The notes beneath the pieces were generated by a model. That model was given only the letters and a program-made list of their open reading frames with translations. It searched no databases and was not told where the DNA came from. 64,000 bases of DNA from the IMG/VR virus record IMGVR_UViG_3300025141_000018. One strand, written 5' to 3'. The translations under genes were made by a program, and so were the position numbers. Shown here one piece after another: positions 45,737-56,673 of the stretch. Positions within the stretch are counted from its first letter, which is position 1; every line of letters begins with the position of its first letter. This DNA comes from a virus. Taxonomy: Duplodnaviria > Caudoviricetes.

Positions 45737-48700
45737 CTATTTTAGATCTTCCAGCGCCTTGACTTTTGAGGACAGTTCTTTAATTGCATTAGTTAAAATA
45801 GGTATCATTTTAACATAATCCAACCAATAATCTGATTCTTTTTCATTATCATTAGGGGTATGTTGCAACATTGATACTGTATTCTTATCAATTCCTAATT
45901 CAGTCAATGCATCTTCCATTTCCTGTGCAATAAAACCAAACTGCTTTGGATCAGTATTATCACTTACAGTTGTTCTATAACTAATAGGATCTAAACAAGT
46001 GACAAATTCCAGTCCTAATGGTAGTGATTCAATATCACATTTAATTTTTCTATCAGAAGGTGATTGTGTCGCATCAGTGCTAATTGCGTACACTTCAGTA
46101 CCTTGTTTTTGTATAGAAAGTACTTTACCATTAGTAGCATCATTGCGATTTAGTGTCATTGTAGTAACATTCGGACTTATAAATGTACTAGCACCATCGC
46201 ATGTAATGCACATTCTTTTTACTGGTGTACCATGTGTATAAACAATATAATCTCCAGATGCATCCATGCACATATCATTTGTACTATTAAATTGTAATGC
46301 TCCGCCAGAATTGAAGCATATATTAGAGCAATAACTTACAGTATCACAAAATGTTGTTGCTCCTTGAAATGTAACTGCGCCAGTATTTGAATTAATTGCC
46401 GAAACAATGTTAGCATCAGATGCCCATTTATTTGTTAATCCTTCTACTAAGTCATCTGTAGTTTCAGCTCTTAATAATATACCACCTTGTTTACCCATGC
46501 TAGTATGATTAGCACAACCATAAGAATATCTAGCCTTTGCACTTGTTGGTACAACAAATTGAATATAGGTAGTCGCGGCATTAGTAAAAGAGGCAACATA
46601 ATCTGCGGCTGTGGAATATGTATTTCCTCCAACATGATATGATACTCCGGCTGGAGTAGTTGGATTTGATCCTCCATTAAAATCTACATCTTCTGACAAT
46701 ACTAAAGGATGCCCGGCGTTTGATGCTCCTGATTGTATAATTTTATATGTAAAACCTGGTACAAAATATAGATATGGTTGTGGGCTCCCACTATCAAATT
46801 TAAATTTACTATCAACAACAGTAACATCAAGTTCAATAATAGGAGTGGATGCCGCGGCAGTTGAATCCCACTGTGATCCATCCCATCTCATATAATCGCC
46901 AGTTCCAGGACTTATTGAAGAATTAACATCACATAATTTTTTAATTGAAGCATCTTGAAGATGTGTATTAAAACATGTCTGATCATATGGACTTGTTGAG
47001 GTTGCCCAGCAAAATGCTGATCCATTATAATAAAGATATGAGTTAGTTGTTGGACCTGCTGGTACATCACATAAAGTTAAAACTGAGCTATCACAAACAT
47101 CAGTTGGTAATGTAATTTGCCCGGTTATGTTATTATAAGCACCTATACCAGAAGTAACACAAACGGAAGCTCTTGCTCTAGTATCTGTAAAGTATAATGG
47201 ACTTGCCCCAAATTCATCAATATCGCATGTATATAAATTAATTGCACCAGTTTTTTCATTAACACAAGTTACATCATTAGTATTTTGATCTGTTTTAACT
47301 TTCCAAGATGTTGTACTATGATTATAATATAAAACTTTACCGTCATCAGCTGATGATACTGCATCAACGTCTGATAAACAAGCAAAATTTGTAGCACAAA
47401 TTCGTGTATCTACTCGTGCATCTGTATAATATAAGTTTGACGAACCTTCAGTTACGCAATCTGTACTTGTAGTAACATTATCAACATATGCTTTTACTGA
47501 TTGTTGAGATGGTACTTTAGTTGCACTATTTGAAACCATATTATCTTCGTCAACTAAAGCATTTGTTATTCTTGCATCTGCTCTTGTATCTGTAAAATAT
47601 AAGTTTGTTGAACCTTCTGTAATTTCGTCTGTATTATCTTTGCTTGCTACTTGTGCATCAACATATGCTTTTACTGATTGCTGAGATGGAAGTTTTGTTG
47701 CACTATCTGAAACCATGTTATCTTCATCAATTAATGCATTTGTAATTCTTGCATCAGCTCTTACATTTGTATAATATAAATTACCACTTTCAGTTATATC
47801 ACATGTACATAAATTAACATCACCGTGTAAACTATTAATACTCGATACAATAGCAGATAGACCCATTATGCCTGTTGTGCTATTATATGTTAAAGCGGAA
47901 CCACTTACAGAAATTGCACTTCTTGCTTTGGCATCTGTATAATATTGATTAACACATTCATTTATATCACAAGAATGAAGTACAACCGCTCCTGTTTTTG
48001 TATTAACTTGTGATACTGCATCTGTAAAAGACATAACACCAGTACTATTATTATATGCCAAGGATCCACTAACTGTAATTGCGGCTCTTGCTCTAGCATC
48101 TGTGTAATATAAATCAGTATCTTCTGCTAAATCGCATGTTTTCTTAGTTGCAAAATCTGTATCAAAATCAGCAGTTTTATACGTTGTTGCTGAAATTACT
48201 CCAGTTGCACTATTATACGATATATCACCACTACTACTTAAATGAGCTCTTGTTTCTGATGCAACAGGACCAGTAAATGTAAACACACCAGTCGAACTGT
48301 TATATACCATGCTACCATCACCGCCAGCATCTGTTAGTGAAACGGCTCCTCTAGCCCTTGCATTTGTATAATATAAATTACCACTTTCAGTTATATCACA
48401 TGTACATAAATTTATAGAACCAGTGTTTGAGTTAACACAAGTAACACCACCCGTTACAGTAATAACACCAGTACTTGAGTTATAACTACCTGAACCAGTT
48501 ACACTAATTGCTCCTCTAGCCCTTGCATCTGTATAATACAAATCAGTACACTCCGAAATATCACAAGTATAATGATTTGAAACATCTGAAATTTTACCAT
48601 ATAAACAATCCGAACGTATAGGCTTATTAAACACCCATTCGTCGTTTGTGCTTGCATAAAGTATTGTAGCATATGGAACAGGATTAGCAGAGCAACATAA

Positions 48701-49762
48701 AGTTAATTTCAATCCACCACTATTTGCGGCCGAAGGGTTAGTAACAGCGGTTCCTAAAATAGTATTAATCGCACCAATATTTTGTGTTTCACAACTAACT
48801 TGAGTTGTTGTTCCACAAACAGTTAAATCACCAGTGATTAATGAATCGCCACAAACTGTAACACAAGCACCTGTATCACATGCTATTAATGTATTTGTTA
48901 TAATATCATCTGCAACTAAATCGTTTGTAACTGTAACACAATTAAAAGTTACATTATTAGTTGTGCCAACTGCTTGTCCTATTGCTACTGCTCCACTTGT
49001 AACTGTAACACCTGTTCCAGCAGTTATAGCGGCACGAGCTCTTGCATCTGTATAATATAGATTTCCACTCTCTGTAATATCACATGTACATAAATCAATC
49101 GAACCTGTATTTTCATTAACACAAGTGACACCACCTGTAACGTTAATAACACCAGTTGAATTGTCGTAACTACCTGAACCAGTTACACTAATTGCTCCAC
49201 GGACTCGTGCAGTTGTATGATATTGATTAGTCGAGCCTTCAGTTAAATCATCTGTATCATTATTATCTAATGATTCTTTTTGTCCATCAACATCACAACT
49301 AATTGTTTGTAATCGAGTAGCAGAAGGGTGCTTTCTGAGTCTTAATAAATTAGCACCTGTGCCAATTTGTATTTCATCAACAATAATCTTTTTTAAGTTA
49401 TTTGAATCATCTTGTATTTTAAGATCGCCTGAAGCATCTCTAGATAATTTTGTACCAGCAATATCAATAGTGGTACCAGCAGTATAGATATCGTTCCATC
49501 GCTTTGTTGATGAGCCTAAATCTCTACAACAAGTTTGATCAGGAATTAATGAAGTATCAACAGTATCAAACGATGCGTATATATTAGCATCGGATGCATA
49601 TAAATTCGATCCTTCACTTAAATCAGTTGTAGATTTGGCTGTAAAATCCGTATTAAAACAGGATGAAGCATAATCTGTTTTTGCATCTATCTGTGTTTGT
49701 ACATCAGATGTTACGTTTGCTAGAAAAGGTACCTTATCTGCAATATCTCTGGCTCTACTCAT
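45737..49762 (-). CDS. Cys-rich long tail fibre with a cupredoxin-like domain and an S74 chaperone
   Basis: Repeated TxD(I/L)xE..NLYYTDARAR units; SDRKIKCDIE...GFIAQE...DYVKMIPIL; about 46 Cys in 1341 aa. Confidence 0.85.
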   Translation of the reverse strand: MSRARDIADKVPFLANVTSDVQTQIDAKTDYASSCFNTDFTAKSTTDLSEGSNLYASDANIYASFDTVDTSLIPDQTCCRDLGSSTKRWNDIYTAGTTIDIAGTKLSRDASGDLKIQDDSNNLKKIIVDEIQIGTGANLLRLRKHPSATRLQTISCDVDGQKESLDNNDTDDLTEGSTNQYHTTARVRGAISVTGSGSYDNSTGVINVTGGVTCVNENTGSIDLCTCDITESGNLYYTDARARAAITAGTGVTVTSGAVAIGQAVGTTNNVTFNCVTVTNDLVADDIITNTLIACDTGACVTVCGDSLITGDLTVCGTTTQVSCETQNIGAINTILGTAVTNPSAANSGGLKLTLCCSANPVPYATILYASTNDEWVFNKPIRSDCLYGKISDVSNHYTCDISECTDLYYTDARARGAISVTGSGSYNSSTGVITVTGGVTCVNSNTGSINLCTCDITESGNLYYTNARARGAVSLTDAGGDGSMVYNSSTGVFTFTGPVASETRAHLSSSGDISYNSATGVISATTYKTADFDTDFATKKTCDLAEDTDLYYTDARARAAITVSGSLAYNNSTGVMSFTDAVSQVNTKTGAVVLHSCDINECVNQYYTDAKARSAISVSGSALTYNSTTGIMGLSAIVSSINSLHGDVNLCTCDITESGNLYYTNVRADARITNALIDEDNMVSDSATKLPSQQSVKAYVDAQVASKDNTDEITEGSTNLYFTDTRADARITNALVDEDNMVSNSATKVPSQQSVKAYVDNVTTSTDCVTEGSSNLYYTDARVDTRICATNFACLSDVDAVSSADDGKVLYYNHSTTSWKVKTDQNTNDVTCVNEKTGAINLYTCDIDEFGASPLYFTDTRARASVCVTSGIGAYNNITGQITLPTDVCDSSVLTLCDVPAGPTTNSYLYYNGSAFCWATSTSPYDQTCFNTHLQDASIKKLCDVNSSISPGTGDYMRWDGSQWDSTAAASTPIIELDVTVVDSKFKFDSGSPQPYLYFVPGFTYKIIQSGASNAGHPLVLSEDVDFNGGSNPTTPAGVSYHVGGNTYSTAADYVASFTNAATTYIQFVVPTSAKARYSYGCANHTSMGKQGGILLRAETTDDLVEGLTNKWASDANIVSAINSNTGAVTFQGATTFCDTVSYCSNICFNSGGALQFNSTNDMCMDASGDYIVYTHGTPVKRMCITCDGASTFISPNVTTMTLNRNDATNGKVLSIQKQGTEVYAISTDATQSPSDRKIKCDIESLPLGLEFVTCLDPISYRTTVSDNTDPKQFGFIAQEMEDALTELGIDKNTVSMLQHTPNDNEKESDYWLDYVKMIPILTNAIKELSSKVKALEDLK

Positions 49763-51119
49763 TGAGCTCCTCCATTAATAACTTATAAAATTTCCCATTT
49801 GTATGGTTAAAAACTCTTATATATTCTGATTGCTCATCAAGTGTAAAATGTCCGTTATCGTTGTGCATATGTAAATCACCAATAGTAGTTGACGAAGCAA
49901 ATACGTCTTTCCAACGTTTTCCTGCTTCTCCTAAACAATGAGTATCATCAACACTAGGAAGAATATGATTTGGAAATGCTTGCATCTGGGCACAAGTATA
50001 ATGACTTGCTGAATCAAATGTTGCATAGGAAACTGTTTCTAATACATCACTAACATTTGCACCTGAATTTAATACAACCGAAGTATTGTTGTTTGCTACA
50101 AAATCATTTGATGCACCTTCTATTAATTTAATACCATTTAAAAATACATCTATGTGTCCTGTTGTATAGCATTGTGCAGGCGTAAACGTTGTTTGACTAG
50201 CAGTTGCCGTAAATGCTTCTGTTACAATAGTGCTTCTTTCAGCATTACCATTTGTAATACATAATTGTTTCGGGTTTGATCCTGTATTTGTTGCTATTGT
50301 AATACCTGTTCCTGCTACTACTTCTAATGTATCATTATTAGTAGCAACTAAACTGCTTTGTCCTGATACTTCTAATGTTTTATATGATACACCTGAACTT
50401 CCAACAGTAACAGTACCACTACCATTATCAGTTAATTCAAATCCACAATTAACATCAAATTTAAAAGTATCTACATTTGCTACTATGGTATTTGAAACTG
50501 GATCGTTTATTTCACATACATTAATAGCAACTCCTGCATCACACCATGCAAAAGCACTACCTGTCCAAATAAGATTTTGATTACTACTAGGACTTGCAGG
50601 AATATCACATAATGATTCAATACCAACACCTAGTGTTCCGTTTGTAGCACACCCTGATGTACCTATATTAAGTACACCTGTTGAATCAGATGATAAAACA
50701 GTATCGCATACTGTAAGAGTACCATCCATACTAACATTTCGCAATGTAGCAATATCTTTATTAGCATCAACAACAAGAGCATTATTACCGGCTACTGTAC
50801 CATCTGTAATTCCATTAATTTTTGCAATATCGGTTTCGGAAACACTTTCTGCACCCATACATAATATATCTGTACAAACTGCTGTAGAAGCACAAATTGT
50901 TCCAACATCAATATTGGCTGTTTTTACACCAACTGTATAAACACATTTCCATTGATTTGTATTACCATCGCTCCCGACTCCGTCTAAACCAATACAATAT
51001 GAGTCGTGGTCAATAGGTACAATGTTCTGATTAATTTGAGTAAGATCAACACCCGATTGAGTTAGTTGCCTCTTATTGTTATAATTAATATTAGGATTAA
51101 AATATGAAAAAGATCCCAC
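49755..51119 (-). CDS. Cys-rich fibre/structural protein
   Basis: FTATASQTTF, DVFLNGIKL, LGEAGKRWKDV; 15 Cys in 454 aa. Confidence 0.75.
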   Translation of the reverse strand: MGSFSYFNPNINYNNKRQLTQSGVDLTQINQNIVPIDHDSYCIGLDGVGSDGNTNQWKCVYTVGVKTANIDVGTICASTAVCTDILCMGAESVSETDIAKINGITDGTVAGNNALVVDANKDIATLRNVSMDGTLTVCDTVLSSDSTGVLNIGTSGCATNGTLGVGIESLCDIPASPSSNQNLIWTGSAFAWCDAGVAINVCEINDPVSNTIVANVDTFKFDVNCGFELTDNGSGTVTVGSSGVSYKTLEVSGQSSLVATNNDTLEVVAGTGITIATNTGSNPKQLCITNGNAERSTIVTEAFTATASQTTFTPAQCYTTGHIDVFLNGIKLIEGASNDFVANNNTSVVLNSGANVSDVLETVSYATFDSASHYTCAQMQAFPNHILPSVDDTHCLGEAGKRWKDVFASSTTIGDLHMHNDNGHFTLDEQSEYIRVFNHTNGKFYKLLMEELNE

Positions 51120-51122
51120 TTA

Positions 51123-51473
51123 CTATCCTCCTAACGCTATTGCAAATGCAATAGCACTTTCATCTATTTGTGATTGCAACGAAGTCGTTGACGGTTTAAA
51201 ACTTGACGAAACTGTATCATATGTTAAGTAATATCCTGCCGCCGGAGTTACACTTGAATCATATGAAACCACATTTTTCCAAGTAGCATTACCATAATGT
51301 TCTAATTGATTTGTATCACTATTAAATCTTAAAGATCCATCAGTTGCAACACCTGTTTGCGAACGCCCCGAAGTTGTACCAACAGGTAATATAATAGCAC
51401 CATTTTGATCAACAGTTAAAACTTGACTGCTACTACTGATTTTGTTTAATTGATGATTTAAATTTATTGCCAT
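51123..51473 (-). CDS. small structural protein with an Mtd-N-like domain
   Basis: MAINLNHQ, ILPVGTT...GSLRFNSD, C-terminal AIAFAIALGG. Confidence 0.75.
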   Translation of the reverse strand: MAINLNHQLNKISSSSQVLTVDQNGAIILPVGTTSGRSQTGVATDGSLRFNSDTNQLEHYGNATWKNVVSYDSSVTPAAGYYLTYDTVSSSFKPSTTSLQSQIDESAIAFAIALGG

Positions 51474-51483
51474 TTTTTATTTC

Positions 51484-53076
51484 CTAACTTGTAATCATAC
51501 TATGATACGGTTCTATATAAGGCATTCTTAAATATCTATTTGGTGCACCACATATACTATCGTCATTATTATAATCATCATCTAATCCTGTTGAATATAA
51601 TCTATTTGCTATACCTTCATCAATGAGCCATTGATTAGCATCATCTTGTGTCCAAGTAGGATGAAGTTGTAACATACAAGCAATTACTCCAGTTACTTGC
51701 GGACTTGCCATACTTGTACCTGATAATGCAGTAACTTTATAACTAGAATTTCTTGGATCATTGTAGCCACTTATATAAGGACTCATAATATTTGATCCTG
51801 GTGCCCATATATGTAATCTTGCGCCTTTAGTTGACGAATATCTAGTTTGCTCATACCATGTTCCACCTGACGATAGATATGATCCTTCAACATTACCAAC
51901 AAGTCCTATATTTGCTGTTGATGTTGTTGGTGTACCACCTCTATGATAATACTTAATACTATTATAATATTTGTCAAAATACCAATTATTATAATCAATA
52001 TGCCCTGAACCTACAATTACATACTTGTTATTGCCAGCGGCATTATACATTATTATTCCATCATCTATGCAATCTTGTACATCTGCATCAATTGATGAAA
52101 CAAAATTACCATGAGTACTACTTACACCTATTCCTCTATTTTCTAATTCTGCTGGACTTGGCCAATCACTTCCAGTATAACTACCAGCACCCCAATCACC
52201 ATGTGATCCAGTATATTCATAAGTCCAATCTGTTCCTCTATAAGTTCCATAAACAGGTTGCAAAGCATTAGTATAATATGACCAACTATTATTACAAACA
52301 GTAGGTCTACCTGCATTAGGACCTGATTTATTATTATGCCATCCTCTAATTAATTCAAAACAAGTATATGAACTAATTGCATACGTATTTGATAATGTAG
52401 CCATTGCATATATGTCTGCACCTCTTGCCCAGCCGTGTGTATTACCTGCGGCTGTTCCTGCTACATGACTTCCGTGTCCGTTTTGATCGCTGTAAAAATT
52501 AGCATTTTGAGAACCAGAAATTCCTGATTCCGTATACCAATCTATTTCTTGTATTCGAGATCCACCAGTACCATCAGGATTAACTGTGTACTCTGGATGC
52601 CCGGCAGTTATACCTGTATCAATTATAACTACATCAACACCTGTGCCATCTAATGCATAATCATGATCAGCGGTTATACTTGTACTATTAACACCTCCAA
52701 ATGCATCAGTATTATTAGTATAAGAACAACTACGTAATCCCCAATTTTTTATATCAGAACCTCCTGAAGTTCTATGAAATTGTGCATCTTCATATTTTCC
52801 AAGAGTCGTAACAGGCATATTTAATATTTCCTGTTTTAATTGTACATCTAGTACTCGCGAATCATTTCTTAATTCTGCGGCTTCTAAATGTGATAATGCA
52901 TACTCTGTATTTCGTTTACTTCCCGGTCGTTTATCAACCCAATCAATAGGTTTATCCGGAATACTGGCTAAACTTGTATCAGAGTTTTTGAGCCCCGATG
53001 TGTCTTTTGTCATTTGATCAAAGAACTCTGACGGGTCACAATCTTTCTTCAGAGTAACTACATATTCTTGTTCCAT
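51484..53076 (-). CDS. subtilisin-family (S8) serine protease
   Basis: IIDTG (Asp), HGSHVAG (His), AAGN, GTSMASP (Ser); N-terminal prodomain. Confidence 0.93.
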   Translation of the reverse strand: MEQEYVVTLKKDCDPSEFFDQMTKDTSGLKNSDTSLASIPDKPIDWVDKRPGSKRNTEYALSHLEAAELRNDSRVLDVQLKQEILNMPVTTLGKYEDAQFHRTSGGSDIKNWGLRSCSYTNNTDAFGGVNSTSITADHDYALDGTGVDVVIIDTGITAGHPEYTVNPDGTGGSRIQEIDWYTESGISGSQNANFYSDQNGHGSHVAGTAAGNTHGWARGADIYAMATLSNTYAISSYTCFELIRGWHNNKSGPNAGRPTVCNNSWSYYTNALQPVYGTYRGTDWTYEYTGSHGDWGAGSYTGSDWPSPAELENRGIGVSSTHGNFVSSIDADVQDCIDDGIIMYNAAGNNKYVIVGSGHIDYNNWYFDKYYNSIKYYHRGGTPTTSTANIGLVGNVEGSYLSSGGTWYEQTRYSSTKGARLHIWAPGSNIMSPYISGYNDPRNSSYKVTALSGTSMASPQVTGVIACMLQLHPTWTQDDANQWLIDEGIANRLYSTGLDDDYNNDDSICGAPNRYLRMPYIEPYHSMITS

Positions 53077-53100
53077 AATACTATTTATTGCAAAATATTA

Positions 53101-54918
53101 TTATGTAATTTCTATAGTCCAGGATCCGTCTTTAAAGGGCATGTTGGCGTATCGGTTATGTCCGCCATGTAGGCTGTCTGTAACAGTATAATCTTGGCCG
53201 CCACCGAGCCAGGCTGCTGTGGGGCCTGCGCCATACCTATCTGCGGGAGTATTTGTAGTACCTTGGTGAATTGCTCCGGATTTATGACATTCTGATCGTA
53301 CAAAATCACGGACATTTTTTTGATTCCAATGAGGATTGGCTTCAAGTAAACAAGCAACCATACCACATACTTGTGGGCTTGCCATACTTGTACCACTTAA
53401 TGATTTCCAATGGTAACTAGAATCTCTAGGGTCGGTCCAGGAACTATTTGCGGCATTTACAGGTCCTGCAATATTAGTTCCGGGGGCCCATACATCTATT
53501 CTAGGTCCACTATTTGAATAATCTGCTTTTTTCTCTGTTGTTGTTCCAGGTTTATTAGTATCAGCGATTGCTCCAACACAAACAGGCATCATTCCATTAT
53601 CATTCCAATGCGAACCTGGGGAGCCACCTTGCATATGTTTTATTGAGCCTCTACTAACAGTTCCGTATTCGGTTGCCCAGTCTCTACCTAAATCTGACAT
53701 ATTTAATTTTCTCGGACAACCATCAGTATCGTTATATGCAACATCTATTTTGTGATATTCATTACCTGCGGCGGCTACAAAAATTACTCCAACATCCATA
53801 CATTGTTCCATATCTGCTTTTATATCTGATCTAACTCGCGGATGCACCCAATAATTAGATGGATCATCTGTATCTTCGTATCCTGTTTCACCAAAAAATT
53901 CTTTACGTTGGTTTCCTGATGTATATCCTGCTTCAGCAAATCTGTAAGCCTGACCAGAATCATAAGGATAATCACCATATCTCCATGCATGTATTGTCAT
54001 ATTCCAATAATGCTCTAAAATAATCCAACTTTGATTTACTACTGTAGGTCGTTTATATCCAGTTGATGCCTGGGCTGTTTTTTGTGTATGAAATGCTTCT
54101 ATCATATCAAAACTATATGCATGAGAAACATATGCGGCATCTTGAATTTTTTGTGACCATATACCTGCTTCTGTTGCCCATCCACAAGTATTACCTACTG
54201 CTATTCCAGCAACATGAGATCCATGTCCGTAACTATCATTATGATAACCATCATAACTATAACCACCAGGCATATTAATACCTAATGCATTCCACCAATG
54301 ATATGTGCTATCGTATCTTGAACCACCTGTGCCATCAGGATTAATTGCAAACTCGGGATGATCTCCTATTATACCTGTGTCTTGAATTATAACATCTACT
54401 CCTTTACCTGTCAAGTTATAACCATACTTTCCAGTAAGTTCTGTAGAGTTACTATTCCATCCTCCAGCAGTTGTAGTCATAGAACGTAAACCCCAATTTA
54501 CATCCCATGCTTGCGATGGACTCCTATCAAAATTCATATCAGTTGGTGCCCACCCTACTGCTCCTTGGGTACCTCTATAATGACATAATCCTATATTTTG
54601 ATGGGGATCGTTTTCAAATGGAATTTGCACATCGTCGACTCTAGGATCTTTACGTAACTCTCGCACTTCTTCTAAAGACATGCTATAATGTGTATTACAA
54701 TTACTTTTTTCTCGTCTATTTACAGTATCTATAGTTCTTGTTGGTATTTGTCCTGTATCGGAAAGGGAGGCTGAATCACGAATCATTTTATCATGAAAAT
54801 CTGTTGCATCTGCATCTTTTTTTAATGTCACGATATACTCCTCTTGAGCAGTCATATCAAGACCGTTTGCAATTTCTTCTTCTTCTAGTGCTTTTAATTC
54901 ATCTAATATGTCGCTCAT
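53101..54918 (-). CDS. second S8 serine protease (tandem paralogue)
   Basis: IQDTG, HGSHVAG, AAGN, GTSMASP. Confidence 0.93.
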   Translation of the reverse strand: MSDILDELKALEEEEIANGLDMTAQEEYIVTLKKDADATDFHDKMIRDSASLSDTGQIPTRTIDTVNRREKSNCNTHYSMSLEEVRELRKDPRVDDVQIPFENDPHQNIGLCHYRGTQGAVGWAPTDMNFDRSPSQAWDVNWGLRSMTTTAGGWNSNSTELTGKYGYNLTGKGVDVIIQDTGIIGDHPEFAINPDGTGGSRYDSTYHWWNALGINMPGGYSYDGYHNDSYGHGSHVAGIAVGNTCGWATEAGIWSQKIQDAAYVSHAYSFDMIEAFHTQKTAQASTGYKRPTVVNQSWIILEHYWNMTIHAWRYGDYPYDSGQAYRFAEAGYTSGNQRKEFFGETGYEDTDDPSNYWVHPRVRSDIKADMEQCMDVGVIFVAAAGNEYHKIDVAYNDTDGCPRKLNMSDLGRDWATEYGTVSRGSIKHMQGGSPGSHWNDNGMMPVCVGAIADTNKPGTTTEKKADYSNSGPRIDVWAPGTNIAGPVNAANSSWTDPRDSSYHWKSLSGTSMASPQVCGMVACLLEANPHWNQKNVRDFVRSECHKSGAIHQGTTNTPADRYGAGPTAAWLGGGQDYTVTDSLHGGHNRYANMPFKDGSWTIEIT

Positions 54919-55892
54919 TATGTATTCACCACCGTAGCTCTAGTATCAAATCTAAGCCAATTAGTGCCATCATAAAATACTGGAGTAGGTTGAGCATTAC
55001 TAGATCCGTCTGTTGCATCACATGCATATGCTATTGCTCCTGCACTTGGTGCGCCTAGAGCATTTAAAGCGGTAACTGTACATACTGCTAAACCAATAGG
55101 CGAACACGCTCTTGTTTCACCAGCGGCGTTAAGACAAATATAATTTCCTGCATTTATATTAAATGTGCCTGATGCAGTTGTAATCAAACAACATGAAATA
55201 CATAAAGTATTAGCAACTAATGTTCCACCAATATGTGCATTACATGCAATGCCTACACCACCAGATACCATAAATGCACCTGTTGTTGAACTTGTTGATT
55301 GGGTTGTATTTGTTATAGTAAGTGTACCATCAGTACAATAACAAACATCATGTCCTGAATATTTGCAAAGATAGCCTGTTCCTGAACCACCTGTAATACC
55401 TGTTAAGTTACTTCCATCACCAATGAAACAATCAGCAGTAACATTTCCACCAACTTTTATATCGCATACTACACTAATTCCGCCATCGGTTTGTATAGAC
55501 CCATCAGTTGTAGATGTTGCATTTGTAGTATTTTCAGTATATATTTTACTTTCTGATATAATATGTCCTTCAATATACGCATCGCATTTAACACCTAAGC
55601 CTCCTGAGCAGGCTATTAAAGAACCGGTTACTCCTGATGTTGCATTAGTATTTTGAGTTGCGGTATAAACTGTGGCTGATTGAATTGTATTACAAGTAAG
55701 AGTACCGGAGACTGTCATGTCTCCTGCTACATTAATGTCACCACCAATCCAAGCATCACATGCAATACCGGCTCCACCTAGCATTACTAAGGCACCTGTG
55801 CTAGTACTTGTTGAATTTGTTGTTGTCTTAAGACATAATTTATCTGCGGTTAAATTATAATCACCGCAAATACAAGAAGTGATGTCAGTCAT
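54918..55892 (-). CDS. very Cys-rich short fibre protein
   Basis: TNSTSTSTGAL...GG.G..CD repeats; 20 Cys in 324 aa. Confidence 0.8.
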   Translation of the reverse strand: MTDITSCICGDYNLTADKLCLKTTTNSTSTSTGALVMLGGAGIACDAWIGGDINVAGDMTVSGTLTCNTIQSATVYTATQNTNATSGVTGSLIACSGGLGVKCDAYIEGHIISESKIYTENTTNATSTTDGSIQTDGGISVVCDIKVGGNVTADCFIGDGSNLTGITGGSGTGYLCKYSGHDVCYCTDGTLTITNTTQSTSSTTGAFMVSGGVGIACNAHIGGTLVANTLCISCCLITTASGTFNINAGNYICLNAAGETRACSPIGLAVCTVTALNALGAPSAGAIAYACDATDGSSNAQPTPVFYDGTNWLRFDTRATVVNT

Positions 55893-55903
55893 TAGTGATT
55901 ATC

Positions 55904-56665
55904 CTAGTGTAAATCTGTCCATGCACCGTTAGCATATCCTCTAAATTTGCAAGTATCGGATTTATAATACATTTGGCCTTCGGCACCTGCTGGATCACTT
56001 GTGGCAGTATGAAGTTGAACAACATTGCTCATTGTTAATTTACCAGCAATGTATGCATCACAAGCAACTCCAATTCCTCCATCTGTTTGTATTGAGCCAG
56101 TTGTACCACTAGTTGAATTAGTAGTACTGTCAACAGTAATGGCACCAGCAATGTATGCATCACAAGTAACTCCAAGTCCGCCATCTGTTTGTATTGAGCC
56201 AGTTGTACCATTAGTTGAATTAGTAGTACTATCGACAGTGATGGCACCACCAATATATACATCACAAGCAACTCCAAGTCCACCAGCATTAGTAATAGCA
56301 CCTGTGGTTGTGCTAGTTGAATTCGTTGTATCTGTTGCACTAATAATACCTGCGGCTATTGTTTTAACAAAAACACAATTCCATTTTTGTGGCGCAGAAC
56401 CTAAATTATAGGTTTCATCTGTATCGGGTATAATATGTGATATTACATCAGCAGTAAAACAAACAGAATCAGTATTAGCATCACCAATAACTGTATTACC
56501 AGTGGCATATAAATTACCTCCAACACAAATATCTTTAGTAACACCAACTCCACCTGCAACAACTAACGCACCGGTTGTTGTACTTGTTGAATTTGTGTCA
56601 CTTATTATTGTTACACATGTTGAATCAATACTATATTCGCCTGCTATTTTTTCTGTATGTTTCAT
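55904..56665 (-). CDS. short fibre protein with 34-aa repeats
   Basis: Three repeats; C-terminus SDPAGAEGQMYYKSDTCKFRGYANGAWTDLH. Confidence 0.8.
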   Translation of the reverse strand: MKHTEKIAGEYSIDSTCVTIISDTNSTSTTTGALVVAGGVGVTKDICVGGNLYATGNTVIGDANTDSVCFTADVISHIIPDTDETYNLGSAPQKWNCVFVKTIAAGIISATDTTNSTSTTTGAITNAGGLGVACDVYIGGAITVDSTTNSTNGTTGSIQTDGGLGVTCDAYIAGAITVDSTTNSTSGTTGSIQTDGGIGVACDAYIAGKLTMSNVVQLHTATSDPAGAEGQMYYKSDTCKFRGYANGAWTDLH

Positions 56666-56673
56666 TTATATCT

